Source: Actinomycetes bacterium
GTDB lineage: Bacteria > Actinomycetota > Acidimicrobiia > Acidimicrobiales > RAAP-2
Reading direction: 5' to 3'
Assembly (NCBI GenBank): GCA_021828545.1
Contig: JAJZEN010000081.1
Coordinates: 1,849 to 65,848 of the forward strand
Length of the DNA stretch: 64,000 nt
Shown here: positions 47,093 through 56,995 of the stretch, piece after piece
Numbering within the stretch: position 1 is the first letter of the stretch
How the letters are laid out: each line of letters opens with the position of its first letter
Notes under the pieces: generated by a model
What the model saw: only the letters and a program-made list of their open reading frames with translations
Told to the model about the DNA's origin: nothing
Databases searched by the model: none
Translations under genes and position numbers: made by a program

Positions 47093-48753
47093 GCACCGAA
47101 GTCTTCGCGCAGGCCGCCGCGTGGATTGCGGTCGATCCCGACGCCGCGGATCGGGCCACCCTGGAGGAATTGATCGAGCGAGGTGACGAGGCGGAACTCC
47201 ACCGGCGCTTTGACGAACCCCTGACCTTCGGTACGGCGGGTCTTCGTGGACCGGTGCGGGCCGGTCCCGCGGGGATGAATCGCTGTACCGTTCGCCGCGC
47301 GACCCAGGGGGTCGTCGCGTGGCTCGCGCAGTCGGGGATCGGGTCCGAGCGCGGTGTGGTCGTCGGGCGTGATGCTCGCTACGGTTCCGAGACGTTCCAC
47401 GACGAAGTCGTGCGGGTCCTGCTCGGCGCCGGCGTGCCAGTCCATGAGATGCCGCGTCCCCTACCCACGCCACTGACGGCCTTCGCTCTTCGCGCCCTGG
47501 GGGCCGCGGCGGCGATCATGATCACGGCGAGTCACAATCCGCCCGCCGACAATGGCTACAAGCTCTATGGACCTGACGGCTCACAAATCGTTGCGCCTCA
47601 CGACAGCGTGGTGGAGCGTTTCGCGACGGTGGCTGGTGACGCGCCCCTGGCTGATCGCACGTCGCCCCTACATCGTTGGGTGCAGGAGGAACTGCTCGAG
47701 GAGTATCGCGAGCACATGGTGGGTCGTTTCGCCGTTCCCTCGAGTCCGTTGCGCATCGCCTACACCCCCCTGCACGGCGTCGGGGGCGAGTTCATGGTGG
47801 ATCTCTTCCACCGGGCGGGGTTCAGCGAGGTCGCCGTCGTCACGGAGCAGTTCCATCCCAATCCCGCGTTCCCCGGTCTCGCCTTTCCTAATCCGGAGGA
47901 GCCCGGAGTTCTCGACGCCGCCGTGGCGACGGCACGAAACTTTGACGCCGCGATCGTCGTGGCCAATGATCCCGACGCGGACCGCCTCGGTGCGGCGGTG
48001 CGCGCCGCGGATGGTACGTGGCGGATCCTGCGCGGGGACGAGGTTGGATGGTTGTTGGGTTCGGTCGCGCTGGCCGACGCTCAGGAACACGACCTGGTGG
48101 CCACCACGATCGTCTCGTCGTCGCTACTCGAGAAGATGGCGTCGCGCGCCGGGGTGGCCTACGCGACCACCTTGACCGGGTTTAAGTGGATCACCAAGGC
48201 CGACCCCACTCGACGACTGATCTTTGGTTACGAAGAGGCGCTGGGCTTCGCGGTGGACCCGGTGGTCGCCGATAAGGATGGACTCTCGGCCGCGCTCGCC
48301 CTGGTGCGACTGGCGCACGACTTATCGTTGCACGGCCTTACCCTGCTCGATCGGCTCGACGAGCTCGAGTCGCGCTACGGCGTCCACGCGGGGTCGCAAA
48401 TCTCACTGCGCGTGAGTCCCCCACGGGGTCGTGAGGTTTTGCACGCCGTGATGAAACGGGTACGGGAGGCACCCCCGCGTCAATTGGGGGGTGTTGAGGT
48501 GAGTGACGTGGTCGATCTCGAAGCCGGTGCGAACGGTCTCGCGCCCACCGAAGGACTGGTGTGGCGACTTGGTGCCGTGGGCCGCGTCGTAGTGCGCCCA
48601 TCTGGTACTGAACCCAAACTAAAGGCGTACATCGAAGTGGTGGGTGAACCCCGATTCGACGATGTCAGGGCGCAGCGAGAAATTGCCAATTCGACTCTCG
48701 TTGCTATTAAGGAAGAACTAATCGAGCTTTTGTCCCTCGACGTCCCGGGGTGA
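47089..48753 (+). CDS. Alpha-D-phosphohexomutase family mutase (probable phosphopentomutase)
   Basis: FGTAGLRG, ITASHNP, DPDADR, GYEEA and RPSGTEPK motifs. Confidence 0.9.
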   Translation: MSTEVFAQAAAWIAVDPDAADRATLEELIERGDEAELHRRFDEPLTFGTAGLRGPVRAGPAGMNRCTVRRATQGVVAWLAQSGIGSERGVVVGRDARYGSETFHDEVVRVLLGAGVPVHEMPRPLPTPLTAFALRALGAAAAIMITASHNPPADNGYKLYGPDGSQIVAPHDSVVERFATVAGDAPLADRTSPLHRWVQEELLEEYREHMVGRFAVPSSPLRIAYTPLHGVGGEFMVDLFHRAGFSEVAVVTEQFHPNPAFPGLAFPNPEEPGVLDAAVATARNFDAAIVVANDPDADRLGAAVRAADGTWRILRGDEVGWLLGSVALADAQEHDLVATTIVSSSLLEKMASRAGVAYATTLTGFKWITKADPTRRLIFGYEEALGFAVDPVVADKDGLSAALALVRLAHDLSLHGLTLLDRLDELESRYGVHAGSQISLRVSPPRGREVLHAVMKRVREAPPRQLGGVEVSDVVDLEAGANGLAPTEGLVWRLGAVGRVVVRPSGTEPKLKAYIEVVGEPRFDDVRAQREIANSTLVAIKEELIELLSLDVPG

Positions 48754-48854
48754 CGAACTGGCGGACTCCACTTCGAGGGACGTCGCGCGCGTCAGATCCT
48801 GAGGGATGGGCTGATCATTATGGGCCGTGCATGGGTGGTTGTCTCGGCGCGTGT

Positions 48855-49650
48855 TCAGGGCAGGTAGAGGGTCACCTCGACCCGCCGAGTACCTACTGCA
48901 GCTGACATCGACGGGTTCGCTGCGGCGGAGGACGACTCGCCGAAGGCGAGAAAGACCAATGTTGGCATCGTCGCCGTCGCCGTCGCCGTCGTCGCGTTGA
49001 GCGACGCGCCGTCACGTACGTCCGCTCCGCATGGCTCCGCTCGACCCAATGGAGTGCGTTGAACGCAGCCGAACCATTGATGTCCGTGTAACTCGCCAGC
49101 GCGACCAGGTTGGGTTGGACGCACGATGAGGCAAAAGGGGGTATTGACTTGGTGTAGCGGAGCTCGAATCAGTGAGTACGAGTTCTCGGCCAACCGCACA
49201 ATCTCAATCGCGGCGGTCACATCATAGGTGTAACGGACTTCCGAGTTCAGACCGTCGAAGCGGCAACTCGTTTGAGGTGTAAGGCACGAGCGAGAGCTGG
49301 GAGTCAGCACCACGTCATACGTCGGATTCCCACGGTGCTATTTCATAGCGGCCGGGGCCACCTCGCTACCGGCTCTTTCTCGGGGCCAGTCGGTGCAGTT
49401 GCGTGCGCGGTCGAGCCTTGACCCACTACGCCAAACGCGAGGACGCCGGTGGAATAGGTGCTCGGAGTGCCGACGCCCGGGAAATTGTCGTCGAGGTGGG
49501 CGTGGCCGGAGTGCCGCGACGACGTCACCAGGTCATCGCGGGTCGAGTACGTGTTCACTGTGGTGAGCGTTCGATCGTCGACTCCTCCCACGGCGAAGAA
49601 CGTAACCGCCGCGAGACCACCGCACTGCGAAGTGAACCCGCGTTGCGTTG
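48855..49650 (-). pseudogene. Decayed secreted FN3 + OmpA-like protein
   Basis: SCRFDGLNSEVRYTYDVTA is FN3-like. AFGESSSAAANP...RRVEVT is OmpA C-terminal-like. Split across frames (49343-49591 and 48855-49313). Confidence 0.55.
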
Positions 49651-49672
49651 TCCGTGAGAGTTTGTTGGCGAG

Positions 49673-50767
49673 TTAGACCGATGCACGCAACGCCGCGTAC
49701 CCCGGCTTGATGACGTCGTCAATAAGGGCGAGACGCTGATCGAACTGGAAGAAGGAACTCTTGGCCGCATTGAGCGTGAGCCACTGCATGTCATCGAGCG
49801 TCCAGCCGAAGGCGTCCGCGCACGCGGCGAACTCCCCCGAGAGCGTGATACCGCTCATGAGACGATTGTCCGTATTGAGGGTGACGCGAAAACGTAGTTG
49901 ACGCAGGAGCTCGATGGGGTGCTCGCTCAGTGACGCTGCCGCGCCGGTGTGGACGTTCGACGTTGGGCAGACTTCGAGGGGGATGCGTCGATCCCGCACG
50001 AAACTCGCCAGTCGACCGAGTCGGTACTGGTCATCGACGCGCTCGATGTCGTCGACGATCCGTACGCCGTGACCGAGTCGCTCGGCGTCGCAGAATTGGA
50101 CGGCCTCCCAGATCGACGCGAGACCAAAGGCCTCGCCGGCGTGGATGGTCATGTGGAAGTTCTCGCGCTGTATGAGGTGGAACGCCGCCAAGTGCTCGGT
50201 GGGGGGAAAACCATCCTCGGGCCCCGCGATGTCGAAGCCGCACACGCCGGCGTCGCGAAAACGTACGGCGAGTTGCGCCATCTCCTCACTGCGGTGCAAT
50301 TGGCGCATCGCCGAGATCAGCGTGCGCACGATGATGGTACGACCACGCGCGCGAGCCTGCGCGGTTCCGTGGGCGAAGCCCGCCAGGACGGCTTCGACCA
50401 CTTCGTCCGGGCTCAAACCGCCGTCCTGGTGCAACTCGGGCGCGAAACGAATCTCGGCGTAGACCACACCATCCAGGGCCAGGTCGTAGGCGGTTTCGGA
50501 GGCCACTCGTTCGAGTTGGTCCTTCGTCTGCATGACGGCAATGGTGTGGGCGAATCCCTCGAGGTAGTGCACGAGGTCGCTCCCCGGCGCGTCGGCGACG
50601 AACCAGGCGGCGAGGTCGTCAGGGTCCGACGTGGGTAGCCCACGGTAGTCGATCTCCGCGGCCAGGTCGAGCATCGTGGAGGGCCGCACACCGCCGTCGA
50701 GGTGGTCGTGCAGGAGTACTTTGGGTGCGGCGATGATGCGCTCGCGGGTTAGGGGTGTCGTCGACAT
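49673..50767 (-). CDS. add: Adenosine deaminase
   Basis: LHDHLDG, TIHAGE, RLGHG, CPTSN and NTDNRLMS motifs. Confidence 0.96.
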   Translation of the reverse strand: MSTTPLTRERIIAAPKVLLHDHLDGGVRPSTMLDLAAEIDYRGLPTSDPDDLAAWFVADAPGSDLVHYLEGFAHTIAVMQTKDQLERVASETAYDLALDGVVYAEIRFAPELHQDGGLSPDEVVEAVLAGFAHGTAQARARGRTIIVRTLISAMRQLHRSEEMAQLAVRFRDAGVCGFDIAGPEDGFPPTEHLAAFHLIQRENFHMTIHAGEAFGLASIWEAVQFCDAERLGHGVRIVDDIERVDDQYRLGRLASFVRDRRIPLEVCPTSNVHTGAAASLSEHPIELLRQLRFRVTLNTDNRLMSGITLSGEFAACADAFGWTLDDMQWLTLNAAKSSFFQFDQRLALIDDVIKPGYAALRASV

Positions 50768-50798
50768 AGGCCCAGGCTAGCCACGCCCTAGGCGACCA

Positions 50799-52079
50799 CT
50801 AGGCCGTGATGCGTTCGAGCAGTATCGTCGTCGGCGCGACGGCGTGGTCCCCCAACGTGACCGCGGGGGTGATTGTGGCGATGCCGCGCTCGAGGTGGGC
50901 GTCGTCGTCGGCGTAGAGTTCGAATAACGGTTGGTGCGCCGACACGTAGTCACCCTCGCGTACCAGACACACGACGCCCGCACCGGCACTGACCGGGTCC
51001 TCCTTACGGGCGCGCCCGGCGCCAAGGCGCCAGGCGGCGACGCCCACACCCATTGCGTCGACGGAGTGAACTATGCCGTCGTGGGGGGCGGTGACCACGT
51101 GGTGATGCGTCGCGGTGGGTAGTGCCGCGTCGGGGTCGCCCCCCTGGGCACGAATCATGTGACGGTACACGTCGTAGGCCGAACCGTCGTCGAGTTTGTT
51201 CGCGGGATCCTCATGGATTCCGACGAGTTCGAGCATGGTGCGCGCCAGACTCAAGGTCAGTTCGCGCACGTCCGCGGGCCCCGCCCCACGTAGGACGTCG
51301 ACGGATTCACGGACCTCCAGGGCATTGCCCACGGCGCGACCCAGGGGCTGGTCCATGGCGGTCAGTTGAGCGACGGTGGCCACGCCGTGCGCGGTTCCGA
51401 GGCCCACCATGGTGCGGGCGAGTTCACGAGCGTGATCCAAGGATTTGATGAAGGCTCCCCGACCGACCTTGACGTCGAGGACGAGGGCTTGGGTACCCTC
51501 GGCGATCTTCTTGCTCATGATCGACGAGGAGATGAGCGCAATGGACTCGACCGTTCCCGTGACGTCACGCAGGGCGTAGAGTTTGCGGTCGATCGGCGCG
51601 AGTCCCGCGCCCGCGGCGCAGATCACCGCGCCCACGCTCTCGAGTTGATCGAATACCTCGTCGTTGTCCAGGTGGGCGCGCCAACCTGGAATGGACTCGA
51701 GTTTGTCGAGCGTCCCCCCGGTGTGACCCAGACCTCGACCCGAGAGCTGGGGCACGGCCGCGCCACAGGCGGCGACCAAGGGGGCCAGGACGAGCGAGAT
51801 CTTGTCACCCACGCCACCCGTGGAGTGTTTATCCACGGTGGGCCGCGAGAGACGCGACAAGTCCAGTCGCTCGCCCGAGGCGATCATGACCTCGGTCCAT
51901 CGATTGAGTTCCGCCGGGGTGAGTCCACGAAAGACGATGGCCATCAACAGGGCCGACATCTGTTCGTCGGCCACCGCACCACTGAGGTAGGCGTTGAGCA
52001 TCCACGTGATCGCGTCGTCCCCGAGGGCCGCTCCGTCACGTTTGGCGGTGATGATGTCGACCGCGGAATGGACCCTCAC
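50799..52079 (-). CDS. deoA: Thymidine / pyrimidine-nucleoside phosphorylase
   Basis: DKHSTGGVGDK, SGRGLGHTGGT, SSIMSKK and LGAGR motifs. Confidence 0.95.
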   Translation of the reverse strand: MRVHSAVDIITAKRDGAALGDDAITWMLNAYLSGAVADEQMSALLMAIVFRGLTPAELNRWTEVMIASGERLDLSRLSRPTVDKHSTGGVGDKISLVLAPLVAACGAAVPQLSGRGLGHTGGTLDKLESIPGWRAHLDNDEVFDQLESVGAVICAAGAGLAPIDRKLYALRDVTGTVESIALISSSIMSKKIAEGTQALVLDVKVGRGAFIKSLDHARELARTMVGLGTAHGVATVAQLTAMDQPLGRAVGNALEVRESVDVLRGAGPADVRELTLSLARTMLELVGIHEDPANKLDDGSAYDVYRHMIRAQGGDPDAALPTATHHHVVTAPHDGIVHSVDAMGVGVAAWRLGAGRARKEDPVSAGAGVVCLVREGDYVSAHQPLFELYADDDAHLERGIATITPAVTLGDHAVAPTTILLERITA

Positions 52080-52495
52080 TGGGTGGACCTCACGGCGAGG
52101 TCGTCGGGACCGAAGGCGTGCGGGAGCAGGTCGTCGAGAGTGAGGGGGTGAGCCCGCTCACCTTGATCGATGAGGAGCCTCGCTCCCGCGTGCTCGAAGA
52201 GTACCTGACGGCATCGCCCGCATGGCGCCAGGGGTTCACCGTCGCCCGCGACGACGCAGAGGGCGACCAGGCGTCCACCGCCTTGTCGAGCGAGGTCACT
52301 GACGAGCGAGCATTCGGCGCACAGGGTGAGTCCGTAGCTGGCGTTCTCGATATTGGAGCCTTCGACGAAGGACCCCGACGTCGTGAGGGCGGCGGCGCCG
52401 ACCAGAACGTGGGAATAGGGTGCGTAGGCTCTCCTCGCCGCGCTATGAGCTCGCGACCGCAACTCGGACCAGGGCACGATCGGTGGCTCGTTCAC
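52076..52495 (-). CDS. cdd: Cytidine deaminase (tetrameric type)
   Basis: AYAPYS, NIENASYGLTLCAE and PCGRCRQ. Start revised to GTG 52495 (TACGAT box 6 nt upstream). Confidence 0.93.
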   Translation of the reverse strand: MNEPPIVPWSELRSRAHSAARRAYAPYSHVLVGAAALTTSGSFVEGSNIENASYGLTLCAECSLVSDLARQGGGRLVALCVVAGDGEPLAPCGRCRQVLFEHAGARLLIDQGERAHPLTLDDLLPHAFGPDDLAVRSTQ

Positions 52496-52639
52496 CCCCA
52501 AATCGTATCGCCGAGGTGAGGCCCTTCGTCGCACAGCGCTCCCACGAGTGCCGCCGCGGCGCTCGCTCGTCTCGCGGAATCCCGAGGTTCGTTCGCCGTC
52601 ATCACGGGCGAGGGTCGCGCACCGGTACACTTCGGCCCT

Positions 52640-53569
52640 ATGACATCAGTCCCCGCCCCCTACATTGTGCTCCACGATGAAGTCGCGACCGCCCTCGCCG
52701 AGGGTCGCGCTGTCGTCGCCCTCGAGACGACCATCGTCGTGCACGGACTACCCACACCCATCAATCTTGAAGTGGGCGCGCAGTGCGAGTCCGTGGTCCG
52801 CGCCGCGGGCGCGGTGCCGGCCACGATCGGCGTGATGGGGGGGTCGTTGCGCGTGGGAATGGACCCGTCGGAACTGGCCCGTCTCGCCGAGCCGGGTCGT
52901 GGTAGTGCGAAGCTGTCGACGCGCGACCTCGGTTTCGCGGTGGCGACGCGCGGCGACGGAGCGACCACCGTCGCGGGCACGATTGCCGTCGCCCACTACG
53001 CCGGTATCGCCGTGATGGCGACGGGGGGGCTGGGAGGAGTGCACCGTGGTGCTCACGAGACGTTCGACGAGTCCGCTGACCTCACGGCCCTGTCGCGCAC
53101 GCCGGTCGTGGTGGTCGCCTCGGGAGTCAAGTCCATCCTCGACATCGGTGCGACCCTCGAGCGTCTCGACTCGCTCGGCGTACCGATCGCGGGTTACCGC
53201 ACCGGGCGCTTCCCGGGCTTCTACCTCCACGACTCGGGCTTTGATCTGGACTGGCGGGTGGAATCGCCCGAGGTGGCCGCCGCATCGTTCGCCGCCCATC
53301 GTCACTGGTCCAAGACGGGCATGCTCGTGGCCAATCCGATTGACGAGCCACGTCAGCTCGACGCGCGACTGCACGACGAGGCGCTCGCCGCGGCGCTCGC
53401 GTACGCGACGTCCTCGGGGGCGAGGGGCAAAGACGTCACCCCGGTCGTGCTCGCGGAGTTCGCGCGCTGTACCGCCGGTGCGAGTGTGCAGGTCAATCGT
53501 GATCTCGTGGTGTCAAACGCCACCGTGGCCGCGCAGATCGCCGTCGCGCTGGCCGCACTCGACGCGTGA
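52640..53569 (+). CDS. psuG: Pseudouridine-5'-phosphate glycosidase
   Basis: ALETTIVVHGLP, ATTVAGT, TGGLGGVHRG, DESADL and GKDVTP motifs. Confidence 0.93.
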   Translation: MTSVPAPYIVLHDEVATALAEGRAVVALETTIVVHGLPTPINLEVGAQCESVVRAAGAVPATIGVMGGSLRVGMDPSELARLAEPGRGSAKLSTRDLGFAVATRGDGATTVAGTIAVAHYAGIAVMATGGLGGVHRGAHETFDESADLTALSRTPVVVVASGVKSILDIGATLERLDSLGVPIAGYRTGRFPGFYLHDSGFDLDWRVESPEVAAASFAAHRHWSKTGMLVANPIDEPRQLDARLHDEALAAALAYATSSGARGKDVTPVVLAEFARCTAGASVQVNRDLVVSNATVAAQIAVALAALDA

Positions 53570-54453
53570 CCCGCCGACTCGTGGTCGTGGGCGACGTCAT
53601 GCTCGACGTCGTCGTGCGGCCGCAAGGACCGTACGCCTCCACCAGCGACACTCCGGCGCGGGTGCGGGTGGGGCGCGGTGGCTCGGCCGCGAACTTGGCG
53701 GTCGCTCTACGCGCGGCTACCGATAGTTCCTTCGACGTCGTTTTCACCGGGGTCGCGGGAGACGATGCCGCCGCCCAGATTGTGATGGCGGATCTTCACG
53801 CGAGTGGCGTCACGAACCAGATCACCACGGTGGCGGGCACCACCGGCGTGGTGGTGGCGCTCGTGGCGAGTGAGGGCGAGCGCGCGATGATGACCGATCG
53901 TGGTGTCAACTCCGCGTTGCGTTTCGCGCACGTATCTCATCTCCTGGACGCCTCGCTCACGCACGTACACGTCTCGGGATATAGCGCTCTTGACCATCGC
54001 TCGCGATCCCTGGTTCCCGAGGTACTCGCGGCGGCGAATTCGTGGGGGGCCACATCGTCCATCGACGTGTGCTCGGTGGGTCCCCTGCGTGAGGTGGGGA
54101 GTGAGACGTTTTGGCGCGTCGCGCGTGGTGCGACGATGCTCTTCGCCAACGAGGAGGAGGCCCTCACTCTGGCTCAGACGACTGACGTGATGGTCGCGTT
54201 GGCGACGCTGTCGCGTGAGTGGTCCGAGGTGGTGATCACGCGGGGACCCCTCGGTGCGCTGGCTCACGACGACGGACAGACGTTTCGGGTCAACGCGTCG
54301 CCGGGAGACGTGCTCGACACGACCGGGGCCGGTGACGCAGCGACGGGAACGTACCTGGGCCGTCGATTGGCGGGCGACGACGTCCCGGGCGCCCTCGAGT
54401 CCGCCATGGCCGCGGCTGCGCACGTGGTGCGAGGCCTAGGAAGTCGCCCCTAG
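53566..54453 (+). CDS. PfkB-family kinase, probable pseudouridine kinase
   Basis: GGSAANLA and DTTGAGDA motifs; translationally coupled to psuG. Confidence 0.85.
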   Translation: MTRRLVVVGDVMLDVVVRPQGPYASTSDTPARVRVGRGGSAANLAVALRAATDSSFDVVFTGVAGDDAAAQIVMADLHASGVTNQITTVAGTTGVVVALVASEGERAMMTDRGVNSALRFAHVSHLLDASLTHVHVSGYSALDHRSRSLVPEVLAAANSWGATSSIDVCSVGPLREVGSETFWRVARGATMLFANEEEALTLAQTTDVMVALATLSREWSEVVITRGPLGALAHDDGQTFRVNASPGDVLDTTGAGDAATGTYLGRRLAGDDVPGALESAMAAAAHVVRGLGSRP

Positions 54454-55757
54454 TCGCGTCGATAGGGGACGCCGTCGGCGGCGGGGGGTCGTACGCGGCC
54501 AATCAAACCGGCCACGACGGCGATGGTGATGATGTACGGGAACATCCCGATGATCTCGCTCGAAAGAGGAACGTTGTAACTCTGTAGCGCGTTGACCAAA
54601 TACGCGGAGAGACCAAAGATGATCGAGGCCACCACCGCACCCGAGGGCTTCCATCGTCCAAAGATGAGTGCCGCCAGGGCCACGTATCCCAGACCCGAGG
54701 TGTACCCCACCTGGAACTGTCCCTGAGTGGCCATAAAGGCCACCCCACCCACCCCAGCGATGGTCCCTCCGAGTACCACATTGCGATAGCGCGTTCTCGC
54801 AACGTTGATACCGACCGATTCGGCCGCCTGAGGATGCTCTCCCACGGCGCGCACACGTAATCCCCAGCGAGTCTTGAAGAGGGCGAAGCTCACCGCGGCA
54901 ACGAGCACGGCCATGAGATAGAAGAAGCCGCTCTCGTTGAACAGAGTGGGCCCGATGATCGGAATCTTGTCGAGCAACGGCACACCGATGTTCGAGGCGA
55001 TGTTGCCGACGTTCAAGTTGGGGTACGGCGTAAGAATTTGTAGATTCAAGTACGAAGAGAGACCGGACATCATCGTGACGATAACGACGCCCACGATGAT
55101 TTGATCCGAGAGATACCGGATTGCGAGAAACGCCAGTATCCAACCCAACGCGGCACCCGAGAGAGCGCCGACGAGTGCGGCGAGCAGGAAACTGTGGGTC
55201 GTCGAATCGATCATCGAACCGAAAAATGCCCCCGCGATGAATTGGCCCTCAATCGCGATGTTGACCACACCGGCTCGCTCGCACATCACGCCCGAGAGGG
55301 ACCCGTAGATCAAGACCATCGCAATGGCCGAAGAACCAATGAGGACGGAGGTCAGATTAACGAAAGGTACTTGGGCCGGACCGGGCGTGCGACACGCCCA
55401 GAAAAGGAGGGCGATTAAGAAGAGGGCCGCCACGATACTGAAGCGAACGAGGGGAGCGGAGGGGCGCCGAACATACACCTCGACACCTAGCCCAATCATC
55501 AAGAGGGCCAAGACAAGATTGGTTGGCCGCGTGAGGACCGTTAGTTGGCCCAGCGACCACGGTACGGCCGAGGACACGTTGACGGGTGTGAAGGTGAAGG
55601 CGGAATGCGCGTCGGCGACGGATCCGAGCCCAAAGGCCCACGCGCTGAAAACCCCCACAATGATCATGAGTACCCCGATGGCACGAGTGCGGCCGTGGGG
55701 GACGACGTCGGAGCGCGTGGACGTCGAAGTGATAGCGACGTCGGTCACTGTCCCCAT
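54450..55757 (-). CDS. Nucleoside ABC transporter permease (NupC-like)
   Basis: CERAGVVNIAIEG, TRWGLRVRAVGEHP and GLGYVALAALIFGRWKP motifs. Confidence 0.9.
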   Translation of the reverse strand: MGTVTDVAITSTSTRSDVVPHGRTRAIGVLMIIVGVFSAWAFGLGSVADAHSAFTFTPVNVSSAVPWSLGQLTVLTRPTNLVLALLMIGLGVEVYVRRPSAPLVRFSIVAALFLIALLFWACRTPGPAQVPFVNLTSVLIGSSAIAMVLIYGSLSGVMCERAGVVNIAIEGQFIAGAFFGSMIDSTTHSFLLAALVGALSGAALGWILAFLAIRYLSDQIIVGVVIVTMMSGLSSYLNLQILTPYPNLNVGNIASNIGVPLLDKIPIIGPTLFNESGFFYLMAVLVAAVSFALFKTRWGLRVRAVGEHPQAAESVGINVARTRYRNVVLGGTIAGVGGVAFMATQGQFQVGYTSGLGYVALAALIFGRWKPSGAVVASIIFGLSAYLVNALQSYNVPLSSEIIGMFPYIITIAVVAGLIGRVRPPAADGVPYRRD

Positions 55758-56995
55758 CCCTTGGTCGCCAACTGCACACCCTGGGCCTGGGTGCGCAGGT
55801 GGAAGATCTCCTTCACGAGAACCGGGGTAGCGACGAAGAGCACCACGATGGACTGAATAACGGTGGCCAGGTCCAGGGGTATTCCCGTCATCGCCTGCAT
55901 GGTGCGGCCTCCAACGCCGAGCGCGGCAAACAATAGTGAGCCCCAGACAATGCCCCCGGGCCTGTTGCGACCTAGTAGGGCTACGGTGATCGCGGTGAAG
56001 CCGATACCCGCATTGCCGATGAGGAAGCCGCCGTCGATGTAGTGGTTCGTCGAGGCCATTTGTACTTCGCCCGCTAGACCGGCGAGTCCCCCCGAGATGA
56101 CAAAAACCAAGATGATGACGGCCTTGGGATTGATGCCCGACGCGCGAGCGGCGAAGGGATTGGCGCCCGTCACGCGGAAGTCAAAGCCGAGGGTCGAACG
56201 GTTGAGAAACCACCAGGCAAAGATGACGACCGCGGCGGCCACGAAAATGCCATAACTGACGCGTAATCCCGACGACGTGCCGAAGAGGGGTTGAAGAATG
56301 GCGGAGTGGTCGATGGTGCGAGAGATGTCGTTGGATTGTCCGGGCTGTTGTAACGCTGTGGAGAGGACGACGTAGAGCAAGAAAAACGCGATGATGTAGT
56401 TCAACATGAGTGTGACAATCACCTCGTGCGCCCCCGCGTACGCTTTCAAGATACCCGGAATGAGTCCCCCGACGATTCCACCGAGAACGCCGGCGACGAG
56501 CGTGAGGGGCAAATGAATCACCGAGGTCATGTGAAGCATCGAACCGGCCCAGACGCCGACGATTCCCCCGAGGATCGCTTGACCATTGGCCCCAATATTG
56601 AAGAGACCAGTCTGGAAAGCAATACCTACGCCGACGCTGGCGATGACCAACGGAGTCGCGTAGGTCAGGGTCTCCGAGATGGGGGTCATCGTGGTGTCCC
56701 ATCCCTTCCCCGTCGTGAATGAATGCACGAACGATCGAGGGTCGCCGATCGAACCGACGAATAAGGATCGATATGCCGCGCTCACGTTGTCCCAGGTGAT
56801 TTTGAGCGCGCTAAAAATAGCGGTGGGACTGTGAAAGATGTGGCGCCAAGCGTCCAGCACGGCGGGTGTCGTGGCAATGATGACAATTGCGCCGATGAGG
56901 AATCCCAGTACGAGTGCGAAGAAGGTCAGCAGGGACGGACTCTGGCTGGTGTAGCGAGTCCACCAAGTCCGTCGAGGAGCCTCGGCGGTGGTCAC
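55745..56995 (-). CDS. Nucleoside ABC transporter permease (NupB-like)
   Basis: GLFNIGANGQ, GAHEVIVTLMLNYI and GANPFAARASG. GTG 56995 overlaps the ATPase stop. Confidence 0.9.
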   Translation of the reverse strand: MTTAEAPRRTWWTRYTSQSPSLLTFFALVLGFLIGAIVIIATTPAVLDAWRHIFHSPTAIFSALKITWDNVSAAYRSLFVGSIGDPRSFVHSFTTGKGWDTTMTPISETLTYATPLVIASVGVGIAFQTGLFNIGANGQAILGGIVGVWAGSMLHMTSVIHLPLTLVAGVLGGIVGGLIPGILKAYAGAHEVIVTLMLNYIIAFFLLYVVLSTALQQPGQSNDISRTIDHSAILQPLFGTSSGLRVSYGIFVAAAVVIFAWWFLNRSTLGFDFRVTGANPFAARASGINPKAVIILVFVISGGLAGLAGEVQMASTNHYIDGGFLIGNAGIGFTAITVALLGRNRPGGIVWGSLLFAALGVGGRTMQAMTGIPLDLATVIQSIVVLFVATPVLVKEIFHLRTQAQGVQLATKGWGQ

